From the NCBI GenBank assembly GCA_010093995.1, contig ML992504.1:248001-312000 (forward strand): a DNA stretch of 64,000 nt, in the 5' to 3' direction. The notes beneath the pieces were generated by a model. That model was not told where the DNA came from. It did not search any database and saw only the letters and a list, made by a program, of their open reading frames with translations. Made by a program: the position numbers and the translations under genes. Positions 10,508 through 21,424 of the stretch are shown one piece after another. Source of the DNA: Elsinoe ampelina (taxonomy: Eukaryota). Position 1 is the stretch's first letter; every line of letters starts with the position of its first letter.

Positions 10508-13500
10508 TCAATACGACGTCCCAGCCTTCAACTCCACCATGGCACACTGCCCCACCGTGCCCCCCGTCACAGTCGAGACCATATCCGGATTATCCTTGAG
10601 TACCTTCGGTCCTTCAACCCCATCCTTCACAACAAACAACCTCGTCAGCTTGCGTCCCCTTGCGTCCTCGATCTCGCACGCCACGGGCAGCAGTGGGATC
10701 GAGCCTTGATTCTCATCTAGTCCTGCCAGAAACAGAGTCTGCAGCGTGTCCACCTTTCCATCCAGATCACCTGGCGCGAAACCCGTCATGGCTGCGCCGC
10801 GAGGGATGTCGTCGTACAATAGCAGGCGAAGTCTGCTCACGCCGAATTTGCTGAGAGTGTCGGTGAAGTAGAACATGGCTCTGTTGGAGTCGTCCAGGAG
10901 GAGGGCGAGCTTGGCGACTGGGTCCGAGGTTCCGGAAAAGTCATCGACGCTGGCCCACGGGGCCCCGATGCCGGTGTAGTTCTGGAATTTGGTGGCGCTG
11001 TCGGGCGACTTTTGGAAGTAGATGGCTCCGTCGGCGCCGGCGAGGAGGTAGATCTCGCCTGTGCTGTCTGTGATGGTCGTTCCGGTAAGTCGTCGAGAGG
11101 TGGACTGGCTTACTGTGGCGTTGAGACTTTCGTAGTCGATGGTGGAAGCGTTGCCTTTGTTTTCGGACCCAAACTTGATACAGCCTTTGACGAACGCTGG
11201 GGGCTCCCATTTCAAGAGCTCGACCTTTTTAACTTTGAACAGGTCGAGCTCGGTCTTGTCTTCGAATCTGAGACCCCACTTGATGCCGGAGCACTTTGGG
11301 TCTTCGTCGGAGCCTCCATCGGAGAGATACTTGGGCATGGTTCCAAGCGTGCCTTCTATCTGGTAGTTCATCTCTGCTCTGAAGGCGGGTGTATTGGTCA
11401 TTTTGACCATGATATCCTTGCCAATAAGTGGTAGAGACATACCAGTACCAATGCTGAATGGGAAACCAAGTTCAAGCGCGGCACCGATCTCGCCTTGAGC
11501 TTGGAAATATTTGGTGAACTTGACGTCGGAGAACCCATTAGCTGTCGACTTCCCAGGATCCACAATGTCAAACATCAACTTATACTTTGGTATCTCAAAG
11601 TTGACACCGGCAAGTATCTGCCCCTTGGCATAGATTTCTGCATGTAGGGATATCTTTGCTTCAAATTGCGGTCCAGCAGTGATGACGCCAGGTATGGTGA
11701 GGATCGGAATGCCCTGGGGCGGAACAATGGCTCGTGTGAGGGCACTAGTCTTGATCTTGCCCTCAAATTCGGCACCAAGATTGAGGCCAATGTTCAGATC
11801 GCCCTCAATGCCGAGCTGAAAATTGTTGATACTGCCTCCGGATATATCTAGAGAGCCCCAGAACTGATTCTTCCCGCGGACACCACATTTGACACAATAC
11901 AGACTGGCCGTGCCTTCGACTTTGCCATCCTCTTCCGGCGGAATCGGCCAAGAGTCAGGGGGATATTTGTAGATCCTGTAGGCTCTACCCCATGGCGAGG
12001 CATCAATGGCTGGAGGCGCAATGTCGATGTTATAAGATCCCCTGGCAAGATCTCCGTCGAACCCATTCACCAAGACAGAGACCGCTACGGCGATGACCTG
12101 GTAGAGAGGATTGAACTTGAGGAATTGTTCAACGGCGTATTCGAAAAGCCTCTGGTACCATGGTACCTCTACTTCCTTCCTATCCCGCTGGGCCTCGAGA
12201 TTCCGGTTGACCTGGACCCCACCGTACATGGTTGTACCCACAGACGATTTGCGCTTTTCAGCCGTCCAGTAGAGGTATCCGTGTTTATCGTCCAAGGCAG
12301 CGTCAAAGTCAGGTGTACATGGGTCCGTGAAGGTGACATCCGTGGCCGTGGGTATACTGCCACAAACAGCAGTGTTGTTATATGTCACGTTGGGCTGTAT
12401 ACGTTCATTCGTGGTCTGGTTGAGATAATTGGTTGGTCCCCACACCAGCCTGGCATCCGCAATACCTTGCTGTTGCAAGATCTCGTCACCGAAGAAGACT
12501 ACAAGGCCTTGATCTGTGTTTGCGTTGTAAGCGACCTGTGTCACTTGACCAAGCCAGTACGATCGAGTGTGATTCGCGGTCTGCTCGCAGTCATCGCCCA
12601 TGAAAATGATGACCATTTCTTCGAGCGGCCTCCAGTACTTCAGAATGATGTCGATTGCTTCCCTGCCCTGAACCTTTAGCTCCAGAGTGTCATTCCTGTT
12701 GTCCACTGATCTACCATCAATTGGTCCGCACTTCAGATCCGTGAGATAGTCGTTGTTCTCCACCAAGACGGTCGGATACGTAAAGTTGGCTCTGAGTTCT
12801 GCGAACAAGTGCTTGAGGTATGGATTGTCTGCCCAAGTCGATTCGGCATAGTAGAGTGCACTACTATTCTGTGGGTACATGTTCCGAATGTCCTTGGGGT
12901 CGGCAAAAGTATCGATTACGGGTATCAGCGTGGCCATGGGAGCTTGTGAAAGTGTATCGAACAAGGTTGAGCTGGACGATGAGGCGATGGTCCCTGTGGA
13001 AACCGTGAGTGATGGAGTTAGTGATGTACGAGACGTTATACTGCTAGGCGAAGAAGTCGACGTGGAGCTCGACAGAGAAGTCGACATGGCGCGACTTGAT
13101 GGAGAGACCGACATGGAGCTCGGAGAAGGAGTCGACATGGAGCTCGGAGAAGGAGTCGACATGGAGCTCGTTCGTGGAACACTCGTAGTCGCAGGAGCAG
13201 GGCTACTACTTGTCTGCTTTGAGAGGGCGGTACTTGTCGTAGATGTCGACTTCCCTGAGGTCTTACTGGTAGTTTTCACAGCGGACGCCGTCGTTGTCTT
13301 GGCGGATGTCGTCTTGGGCGACTTCATGTACTTGGTACATACGGAAGAGAGGGCATAGTCGAGGCGACGCTGCCCGACTGTCTTTGTCTTGCATTGGCTC
13401 CATAAGAAGTTTGGATAGGTGTTGACATTGTGTTTTTTGGTCTTGGTGAACTTGTTGCAGAAAGAACTGGCCTTCTTCGGTGACTTGGACATGGCCTTGA

Positions 13501-13594
13501 GGAAAGGCTGATTACAGAATGGCTTTGGAGGCGCTGCTTGAGCCGCCACACTGGCGACCAAGACAGCCTGCAACAGGAGCCACACGAACCTCAT
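10508..13594 (-). CDS. Large secreted protein: signal peptide, small Cys domain, Ser/Thr linker, beta-rich C-terminal region
   Basis: Intronless ORF. MRFVWLLLQAVLVASVAAQA signal peptide, an S/T-rich stretch with SSMSTPSP repeats, an LYCVKCGVRG motif and many N-x-S/T sequons. Confidence 0.8.
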   Translation of the reverse strand: MRFVWLLLQAVLVASVAAQAAPPKPFCNQPFLKAMSKSPKKASSFCNKFTKTKKHNVNTYPNFLWSQCKTKTVGQRRLDYALSSVCTKYMKSPKTTSAKTTTASAVKTTSKTSGKSTSTTSTALSKQTSSSPAPATTSVPRTSSMSTPSPSSMSTPSPSSMSVSPSSRAMSTSLSSSTSTSSPSSITSRTSLTPSLTVSTGTIASSSSSTLFDTLSQAPMATLIPVIDTFADPKDIRNMYPQNSSALYYAESTWADNPYLKHLFAELRANFTYPTVLVENNDYLTDLKCGPIDGRSVDNRNDTLELKVQGREAIDIILKYWRPLEEMVIIFMGDDCEQTANHTRSYWLGQVTQVAYNANTDQGLVVFFGDEILQQQGIADARLVWGPTNYLNQTTNERIQPNVTYNNTAVCGSIPTATDVTFTDPCTPDFDAALDDKHGYLYWTAEKRKSSVGTTMYGGVQVNRNLEAQRDRKEVEVPWYQRLFEYAVEQFLKFNPLYQVIAVAVSVLVNGFDGDLARGSYNIDIAPPAIDASPWGRAYRIYKYPPDSWPIPPEEDGKVEGTASLYCVKCGVRGKNQFWGSLDISGGSINNFQLGIEGDLNIGLNLGAEFEGKIKTSALTRAIVPPQGIPILTIPGVITAGPQFEAKISLHAEIYAKGQILAGVNFEIPKYKLMFDIVDPGKSTANGFSDVKFTKYFQAQGEIGAALELGFPFSIGTGMSLPLIGKDIMVKMTNTPAFRAEMNYQIEGTLGTMPKYLSDGGSDEDPKCSGIKWGLRFEDKTELDLFKVKKVELLKWEPPAFVKGCIKFGSENKGNASTIDYESLNATVSQSTSRRLTGTTITDSTGEIYLLAGADGAIYFQKSPDSATKFQNYTGIGAPWASVDDFSGTSDPVAKLALLLDDSNRAMFYFTDTLSKFGVSRLRLLLYDDIPRGAAMTGFAPGDLDGKVDTLQTLFLAGLDENQGSIPLLPVACEIEDARGRKLTRLFVVKDGVEGPKVLKDNPDMVSTVTGGTVGQCAMVELKAGTSY
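13095..13170. repeat. 24-bp coding minisatellite in the Ser/Thr linker
   Basis: GACATGGAGCTCGGAGAAGGAGTC repeated, encoding SSMSTPSP on the minus strand. Confidence 0.75.
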
Positions 13595-13673
13595 GGTCGC
13601 GAACAACACCAGCGTGCCAGACCATGGCAGCCACCTATATAGATCAACCAGGCGGCTCTTGCATATCGGGGGG

Positions 13674-13784
13674 TCCGACGTGCCAAGCTGATTGCAAACA
13701 TTTCTCGTTGTGCATGATTAGCGATATGCGAAGAACGTTGGAGCCTCACCCTTCAGAACCTACACATCCGACATGCCAAGCTGA
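13674..13784. promoter_or_regulatory. Two 18-bp direct repeats, each containing TGCCAAG (PacC consensus GCCARG), upstream of the secreted-protein gene
   Basis: TCCGACGTGCCAAGCTGA at 13674-13691 and TCCGACATGCCAAGCTGA at 13767-13784. TATA-like CTATATAG near 13635. Confidence 0.45.
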
Positions 13785-14184
13785 GCTAATGAACCTCTCA
13801 AGGCCATATTTGGCGACGCGAGAAGGACGTTTGACGCGGAACCAGCTGACGAGCGTGAACGGGGTTACCAAGCCATCCGTCGTTTCTCGATGTCGTTGAT
13901 AAGCGACACGCGAAAGATGGAAACGTTGGAATGGATCTCTGCAAATGGGGACCCTTGTAGATTTAGCTGTGACGGCTCTAGAGATGGAAATTTCATAGGG
14001 GTATAAATGTAGATTGGATGATTCTTTATGCCGAGGCTATCGCAAAAGACCCACACTTTCACGTGATGCTCCAAATTCTGATCAATTCCCGTCTTCAGCT
14101 GTTCCTCCACACTTCGCCGTCTCTTCCTGTCTGTCTCGGGGCTCCTGGATTAGGTATTTGTCTCTGTGCCGATGCGAAATCTTT

Positions 14185-15557
14185 TCACGCTATTCTGAAT
14201 CCTTGACGAGCCGTTGCATTCGAAACAGTCGCTTCTCGCGGAGTGGCCGCTCTTGCAACAGAAGACGGCGGTGGTGCCCGAGCCACCGCAGGACCGACTC
14301 TCCATTCTGGGACGTGGTAGTACGGTTGTTCTGTTTCCACTGGCAAAGGAACATTCGCCTGAGCTGCCCAATCCGCCGCAAATTGCTGCGTCGAGACATC
14401 CGGTTCTGCCGGTCGCGGAGGAGACCTGGTTATCCTTGGACGCTCGCGTCTGACAACGTTCTCCCGCGCGACAGGTCCCCCAAGACGGTCCGGCTCCCAG
14501 TATACACAGGCACATGTCTTCCAGCGCTTCCCGCAACTATAGCAGAATGCTGCTCCGCAGACGCATCTAGCATTCTCGTCAACCCAGTTCTTGATGGTCT
14601 CATCTATGGTCGAAAGACTTACTTGATGTGAAAGCAACCCGCAACCAATTCCACCATGTGTCTACACGCAAAGCAGCGCTGCCATCCTTCCTCCCGGGAC
14701 AAGGCCAGCAATGCTTGAGCATGGGGATCATTCATACAGTCGCCCATATGATGGGCAGACAAACAATGCTTGCAAGTCCTCGCCCTGCAAGCTGAACAGG
14801 TCGCTGCGTCGCCACGAACATTGATCGGAGATATCCATGCCGAGCAGGTCGGCACGTGGCAGTAGACTCGATCTTCACATTGCAGCTCTGGCAGTTTGGC
14901 AGCATAGCGCATGGCCACCTGCACTGGTAGCGACTTGCGCACTTTCCGGAAGACTATCTCTTCCGAACAGCACCGAGGAGGATATCGCTCCTCGTCTGTC
15001 ATGGCTACGCTAAAGAGTGTACCCAGACATTCGGAGCAGTACCAGTCTCCGCATGGTGCCAGAACCAATTGCTTCCTGGGGAAAGTGTCGGTGCAACCAG
15101 TGCAATCGTGAGTGGTCTGTTTTCCTAGTCCTTGTATGCTGTCTCCAACTTGTCGGAGAGACCTTCTCACGCTGCCGAAGAGCGCCGTCAGTCGCGGGCT
15201 TGGCGTGCCAGTGACTACCAAACCGTCAGTATCGTGATAGGAACATCGTCAAGACTGAGCCATACCTGCTACCATGGGCTCATGAATACCGGACGTGCCG
15301 TCACCAACACCAGCTCTACGTACTACCAGGTGGTCGGCACTCTGGTAGTATTGAGCCGGACTCGATTGGTCCGCTCGTCGCAGATCCGCTTGTCGTGCTA
15401 TCAAAGCGTCCCGGAATGCCTCCGAGGCTTCTAGGCTAGTCCTCTCGTTGTGCGACAGAGCCAAAGACCTGAACTGGCAGGACCTTATATCATTGTTGTG
15501 TCCTTCGATGAGCTCATCGAGCACGTCCATCTCGTCCTGGTGAGTTGTTGTGTCCAT
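14185..15557 (-). CDS. RBR E3 ubiquitin ligase, copy 2
   Basis: Introns 15215-15265 and 14567-14622. CTGC..PCGDWYCSEC..YPPRCC; YCHVPTC..CSAC..TCKHC..H..DC; CFAC..AGCFHIK / CVCGAAFCYSCGKRWKTCAC. Confidence 0.88.
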
Positions 15558-16036
15558 TGTTGCACTTTTTGCCTCGCTGCTTGTGACAGGTAAGTGGCTT
15601 GCTGGGATGCAGATGAAGGAGTATGCGGTGTAGATGTCATGAGAGAAATGGTAAACATCAGATCAAGGCATATGATCTATCTGATCAAGTATAAATATAG
15701 TGGCATGAATTTTTGAATTTGCAACACCGTGAAAAGCATCGTTGATTCTCTTGCATGCCACTATGAACTCTGACCCGACTGGATTGAAATTCAACGCGCA
15801 CCGTCTCCAATTGAATGTATCACGGCCAGAATGTTCATCAGGTAATTCAATCTGTCGCTAGATCCCATCGCGACGACCGTACTGATGCGGAGCTGATGAT
15901 ATGCCGACAAGTACCCGTATTGCTTCCCGATCTTCGACTACTCCGCCCCATTCGTTGTCCTTGTTGTCCGCAGCACACTCTCAAAACCTCCTCGGGCTGC
16001 ACACCAAAGTCCAGCTCCTGCCCGGTCGTCGTAGTC

Positions 16037-17480
16037 TCAAAGCCTGTTTCGGCGACAACGCCAGCAAGCATGCATGCGACAGCCCCGACACTGGAAGATA
16101 TACTCAGGCAATGTATGACCACACTCTTCGCAGTCATGTTGGCCGCGGATGTAGCGCCAGTGTTCGTGCTCGCAGTCGTGGTTGCCTCTCAGTTGCTCGG
16201 CAATGCGGCGAACAGCTTGTTCGCGTGCTGCCTCAGCCGCAGCGATGACTGCCGGATCAGCCACATCATCTCCGGCGCCACGATTGCCTCTGTCGAAGAC
16301 CTGGTTGGCGCGAGCGTAGAGATTCTCTTCGTACCATTGTGGGCATGGACAAGTCTTCCACTCCTCGCCACAGACATAGCAGAAATGAGCACCGCACCGA
16401 CATCTAGAACAGTCAGTCTCTCTCGATAATCACATTACACTTCAATGCTTACGTGATATGGTTGCATCCTGTGTCAAGTTCCACGACTCGACGACACTGG
16501 AAGCATCGCTGCCAATGACTCTCCCTGGCCACCTCGAGAACCATCTGACTACCCACGTCAGCGGCACAGTCTCCTCCATGACTCTCGCCCTTGCACATGG
16601 AGCACGTCAAGCTACCACATGTTGCACATGTACCAACATCATTGGTGATGGAGTCGGCGTTGATGAAGGTCGAGCAGGTCGGGACGTGACAGTAGGTGCG
16701 ATCTTTAGTCTCGAGCTCTGGGAGCTTTGCCTTGTACTCCTTGACCAGATCGTTGGGAAGGAAGAACCTGACTGAGTCCAGTGGGATAGGGAGCCTGCAG
16801 CAACGAGGGGGAAAGTACGCTTCGTCGTCCATGGCCGCGGTAAAGATCTCAGCCAGACACTCACCGCAATACTCATGGCGACATGGTGTACGTCCGATGT
16901 CGCTAAGCTTGAATGCTTTGGTGCAGGCAACGCAGGTGCTGCTGAGCTTTCCTTCGCGCGCAGCTCGGCGAGTGGCAGCAGCGGAAGACTCTGCCGGCTC
17001 AGACTCGTCGCCAGATCCCAGAATGGACATTGCGGCATCATCGTCAATGTAGAGCATCGCCAGCTTAGCCAAGAGCTCTTTGTCCATGTTATCATCGCTG
17101 GAATCGTTGTTGGTATTGGTTGTATCTGGCGTGCGCGTCGTGGTGGTATGGCCGTTAGACAGCGACACTGCCAGTTCGCGGTCACGCTGAGCAGTTTCCT
17201 CCTCCTGACTCTGCTGTGTGAGTATGCTGTGATCAGTGCAAACTGCTCTCATCATACTACGACACAGGATCTGGTCCCTGAGTGTAGTCATCTTGTTGAG
17301 GAGCTCATCTTCGAACTGACTAACCGAGAGGTCGGTGTCAGAGCTCTCACCCTCTCGACCCTTGCCTTTGGCATGGTTTTTGAATTCCTGGAGTTCTTCG
17401 AGCTGAAGCTCCAGTATCAGGAGTTCGTTGTCTTGAGAAGTCTGCTCTTCAGCTGCAGTTGCAAGAGCGTCAGTGACCAT
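16037..17480 (-). CDS. RBR E3 ubiquitin ligase, copy 3, with extra C-terminal Cys/His zinc-finger-like domain
   Basis: CVAC..PCRHEYCGEC..FPPRCC, IBR, TGCNHIT, intron 16404-16452, then CRCGAHFCYVCGEEWKTC...NHDCEHEHW..CEECGH..FQCRGC..ACWRCRRNRL*. ATG at 17480. Confidence 0.92.
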
Positions 17481-17941
17481 TGCGGACAGGTGCGCGACGG
17501 TGAGTGTCAATGGTGTAAGTGGGTGTGGAAAAGTGAAAAGGCAGAAAGGGGAGGAGAAATTGTCTTCCTGGGTAGGTTGTGAAAAGGAGCTTGGGCCATT
17601 GATGTTTTGTGAATGCTTGCTAGCGCTATCTTGCCGTTTGTCGAATGGCCCCTTCATCATCGCTTCAAACGACGTACGTCGACCGCAACATCGAGAGAGC
17701 GTTGACGAGTCATTCGCTGATGATCTGATATCGGACCTCTGTGATACAGGCCGGAATATGTCGCCGCCGATACATCTGTTGTCCGACACAGTCACCCTCC
17801 CATCCATGCCGGTCAAATAGCCCGCGTAAGTAGATCGCCATCGTTTTGATCTTCACCGCGGATGAGATTGTGCACTATCGCCGTAGGTACACTAACCCTA
17901 TGTTCGTAGACGTCGCCTGTCGTCGGATCTCTGCCGTCAAG

Positions 17942-18956
17942 TCAGATCGCTTCAGGACGTTCCATCAAGTATTCCTCTTGCCATTGAGCACAATCACAGG
18001 TCTTCCAGATCTCGCCACACTTGTAGCAGAATTCTGCCTTGCAGAGGCAACTAGAAAGAGTCAGAACGAAGTCCAAGTCAATGAACTGCGACGAACACCA
18101 TGTGATTACAACCTGTACTGATCTGTACCATGCGGTTACATTCGGGGCATTTCTGCCAGCCATGCTCAAGTGCCAAATCCAGCAGCTTGCGAACACTCTC
18201 GTCCTCGGGGCAGTCGCCATTGACATGAGCCTGATCCTTGCATGTAATGCAGGTACCGGTACCGCATGATAGACAAGTTCCAACACCATTGTGGACCTGG
18301 GGCGGTGGAATCCAAGCGGCACAAGAATGCATGCAGCAGTAGACACGATTCTTGGTCTCCCATTCGGGGACCTTTGCGGTGTATGCCTGGACAGTCACAC
18401 CCGACAGCACAGATTTCACCTCTTCCGCCATGATTCGCTCGCCGCAGCATCGAGGAGGATGAAGTGTCTCGTCAATCGTTGCTTTCTGGAAAAGGTCCTC
18501 CAGACATGCTTTACACCACTGATGGCCACAGCTTCCTGTAAGTCCGTTTCCGACTTTGACAAGCTGTTCGCAAAACACACAGTGTAGTTGCCCGCACTCG
18601 TCGTTCTCCTCATACTGGGGCTCAGCTGGTGCGACATGTCCAGTGTAATCCTCCTTCTTATCATCCATCGGCTCTTCAACATCGGACCCATCGGAGGGAC
18701 GTGGGGTGTCATCGATGTTGACGATGACTTCTTGACTCTCTCTGGTGGATACACCAGACTGTATGGCGTCAAGGTGATCGATAATTTCCTTTCTGTGGAT
18801 CTCGAGGGAGGCTAGGGCATCAGCCGGGAGGTCCAGAGTGCTAGGTCCGGCGGGAAGCGGCTGGATCTCGTTGACGTCCTGCAGTTGTGATTCGAGCACA
18901 GCGATGGCTGTTTCCCTGTCGACAAGCTCTGAGTTGATGAGCACTTGGTCGGACAT
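17942..18956 (-). CDS. RBR E3 ubiquitin ligase, copy 4, ending just after RING2
   Basis: CVFC..SCGHQWCKAC..HPPRCC, IBR, CPEC..TGCNHMV, intron 18051-18096, then CLCKAEFCYKCGEIWKTCDC..ERPEAI*. Confidence 0.88.
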
Positions 18957-19856
18957 CGCTTCGAACTTTGCCGCTGGCTGCCTTGATAGGCTGTTGTGCT
19001 TGGTAGTAGATGACCGGGATATAAGACCCTAGGTGTGATGCGCTGGTGGTTGTCGCCGCTTCAGTGGTGTCAAGCTCTCTGCTTCGACTATTGACGTGTG
19101 AAATCGCTGCTCAATCAAGGTCGACTTTTTGGACACTGATGTGAAAGGGCGGACACAACGTCGTGAAAAGGAAAGGAAAATCCCGAAAAGCCTGTAAAGA
19201 TGTGGATATGAACGACCCGATATGTCTGCTCTGGACGTGGTTCTTTGTGATCGAAGCGAACGAGCATTATGACAAAATTACCACCTTTATACCGTCACGA
19301 ATAATGTTTGTTGCATCTCACCCGTTCCTCCAAGCACGATCGACTGGAAGAAATGGCAAACAATCTGATCAAGACAATATTTGCTCCTGGGCCAAGTCTT
19401 GCCTATCACATCTCCTTTCGATCCTAGAATGCGCCGAACATCTGTCATCCCCTGTTGATAGTGATCCAAGCAGCATGCGAATATCGCAATTGGATGAAGG
19501 ATAGCCTGCACGCCATGGCGATGTTGTCGATAGCGCACAATTGAGCGCAACAGATTGGCCCGCCGGTGGACTGATCCAGACAGGGTCGATTTTCGCGCCC
19601 AGACATGCTGGTAGCATACCAGGCATCGATTCCGGTAGTCTGTTCCATGATGTTGCAGTCTTCTTCTTTTTCTGTGTCGTGGTGTGATGATCAAGAACGT
19701 CGGCAAAACTTGCTCCAAGTGTTCAACAGCTTCCCCACCCGAATCCAGCTCACAGGAGCTCTCGAAACTGCCATGACATCAAAGTTGCGACCTCTCGAAA
19801 CATCCTTCATCAACTTTTGACTCAAACCAGACCTCCATAGCAACCTCAATACCATC

Positions 19857-20537
19857 ATGTCCCAACGACTCATTCCTCGCCGTGCCATTGGCGCCGTCCG
19901 CGCACTCCAGCACCCCCCAACAACCACCTCCAGAACCATCTTCTTCACCTCTCGCTTCGCAAGCACAACCTCAAATGGCCACAGCCAGACTCGCGCCACA
20001 TCGCGTCCATTCTCATCTTCACAATCACAATGTTCGATAATGCCAGAGCACGAAGACCCGCCTCCATCCAAGCCGGAATCCACCTACCACATCAACGACC
20101 CGACCCCGCTCTCGGACGAAGAGTACGCTACCTTGTCGGAGCAGTTCATGGAGCAGATCGTGACAAAAGTGGAAGAGGTCCAGGAAGAGAGGGAGGACGT
20201 AGATGTCGAGTATTCGGTAAGCTCGATCGCTTTGCTGGGACTAGCAGCAGAAACACATGCAAAGCCATGCTAACCCATCCAGGCTGGCGTCCTCTCCGTC
20301 ACTTTCCCTCCCGCAGGCACCTACGTGATCAACAAGCAGCCCCCGAACAAGCAGATCTGGCTGTCGTCACCCATCTCTGGACCCAAGCGGTACGACTGGG
20401 TCGTTGCAGGAGAAGGCATGGAGAGCAAAGAGGGCAGCGGTGTGGGAGAGTGGATGTACCTCAGAGATGGCTCGACGCTGTCTGAGCTGCTTAGGAAGGA
20501 GCTGGGGATTAGCGTTGTGGGTGATGTTGGGAAGTAA
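19857..20537 (+). CDS. YFH1: Frataxin, mitochondrial
   Basis: Arg/Ser-rich presequence, DVEYS, intron 20217-20282, then [39 protein letters not shown]. Confidence 0.95.
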
Positions 20538-21163
20538 GCACCGACCGTGATGTGCAGGGATGAGGGACTTGGCGGAAAGGAGCATGCAGGTGGTTCAGAG
20601 CGAGAATTGTGAGCTGAGCGATGACCGTGAGCGATTGATCTTGACGATGAGTCTATGCGGGACAAGGGCGGTGAAGAGCTGTATATACTAGGATCGAATG
20701 AACAACGTGAGAGTCTCGTTTCTCAACTACACCAACACTCCTGCTCCGTTCTCCGCAATCTGTCCGTCCTGATCTTGCAAGAGATCTGCTCTCGACCTTT
20801 CTTTCCGCGGCACGGCTCTCGTGCTTCATAGAGGGGCGTTGAAAGCCCTTCTGCAGCCGTGGCTCGCGAGACTTATGGATGTCCTCGAATATTGCCCCTC
20901 ACTGGTCAATTTCCGGCCGAGGGGCATCCCGACCGACGTGCCCTGATTCCTAGGAGGAGCTTCGCCATCTCTGAACAGCAGACATCGACACGACGCAGCG
21001 TCGCTCGCCGACTACGCTCCACGTCCCCAACACGAAGACTCAACCAGCTGGAGAAGCCACGCGGGAACCGTCCCTCCTCTCTGCAGGTCGTTCCACACCC
21101 GGACAGCCAGCTCATCCGAACCCCACATCCATAAGGTATCCAGCATCCCATCTCCTCCAGACT

Positions 21164-21424
21164 TCACCCCGCAACCTCCACCCCCTCCCCCGCTCCTACC
21201 CCGTCTAGTCTCTCCTCCTCCTCCCCCGGCAAGTCCCCGACCTCAAACACAACCCTGATCATGAGACTGCAGCTCGGGCAAACAGCAATCTCTTCCCCGT
21301 CCCGCAGGTCCGCGAGGCCGATCTCGAATCGATCGCCGCATGGACATGGGTAGTGGTAGATCTCCAGCGTGGCGTCGTAGGTCATGTCTTCGATTTCGAT
21401 TTCGTCGTAGATGTTTTCTGCCAT
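21164..21424 (-). CDS. DPH3: Diphthamide biosynthesis protein 3 (CSL zinc finger)
   Basis: [35 protein letters not shown]. Confidence 0.95.
   Translation of the reverse strand: MAENIYDEIEIEDMTYDATLEIYHYPCPCGDRFEIGLADLRDGEEIAVCPSCSLMIRVVFEVGDLPGEEEERLDGVGAGEGVEVAG

Noticed and set aside
17481..17816. N-terminal extension of the 455-aa ORF for RBR copy 3
   Set aside because: It starts at a non-ATG codon and includes a pyrimidine-rich 5'-UTR-like tract. The ATG at 17480 fits better.
17790..17944. Possible premature stop in RBR copy 4; the frame stays open for about 40 codons past the TGA
   Set aside because: The read-through peptide does not match the C-terminal finger of copy 3, so there is no support for a pseudogene call.
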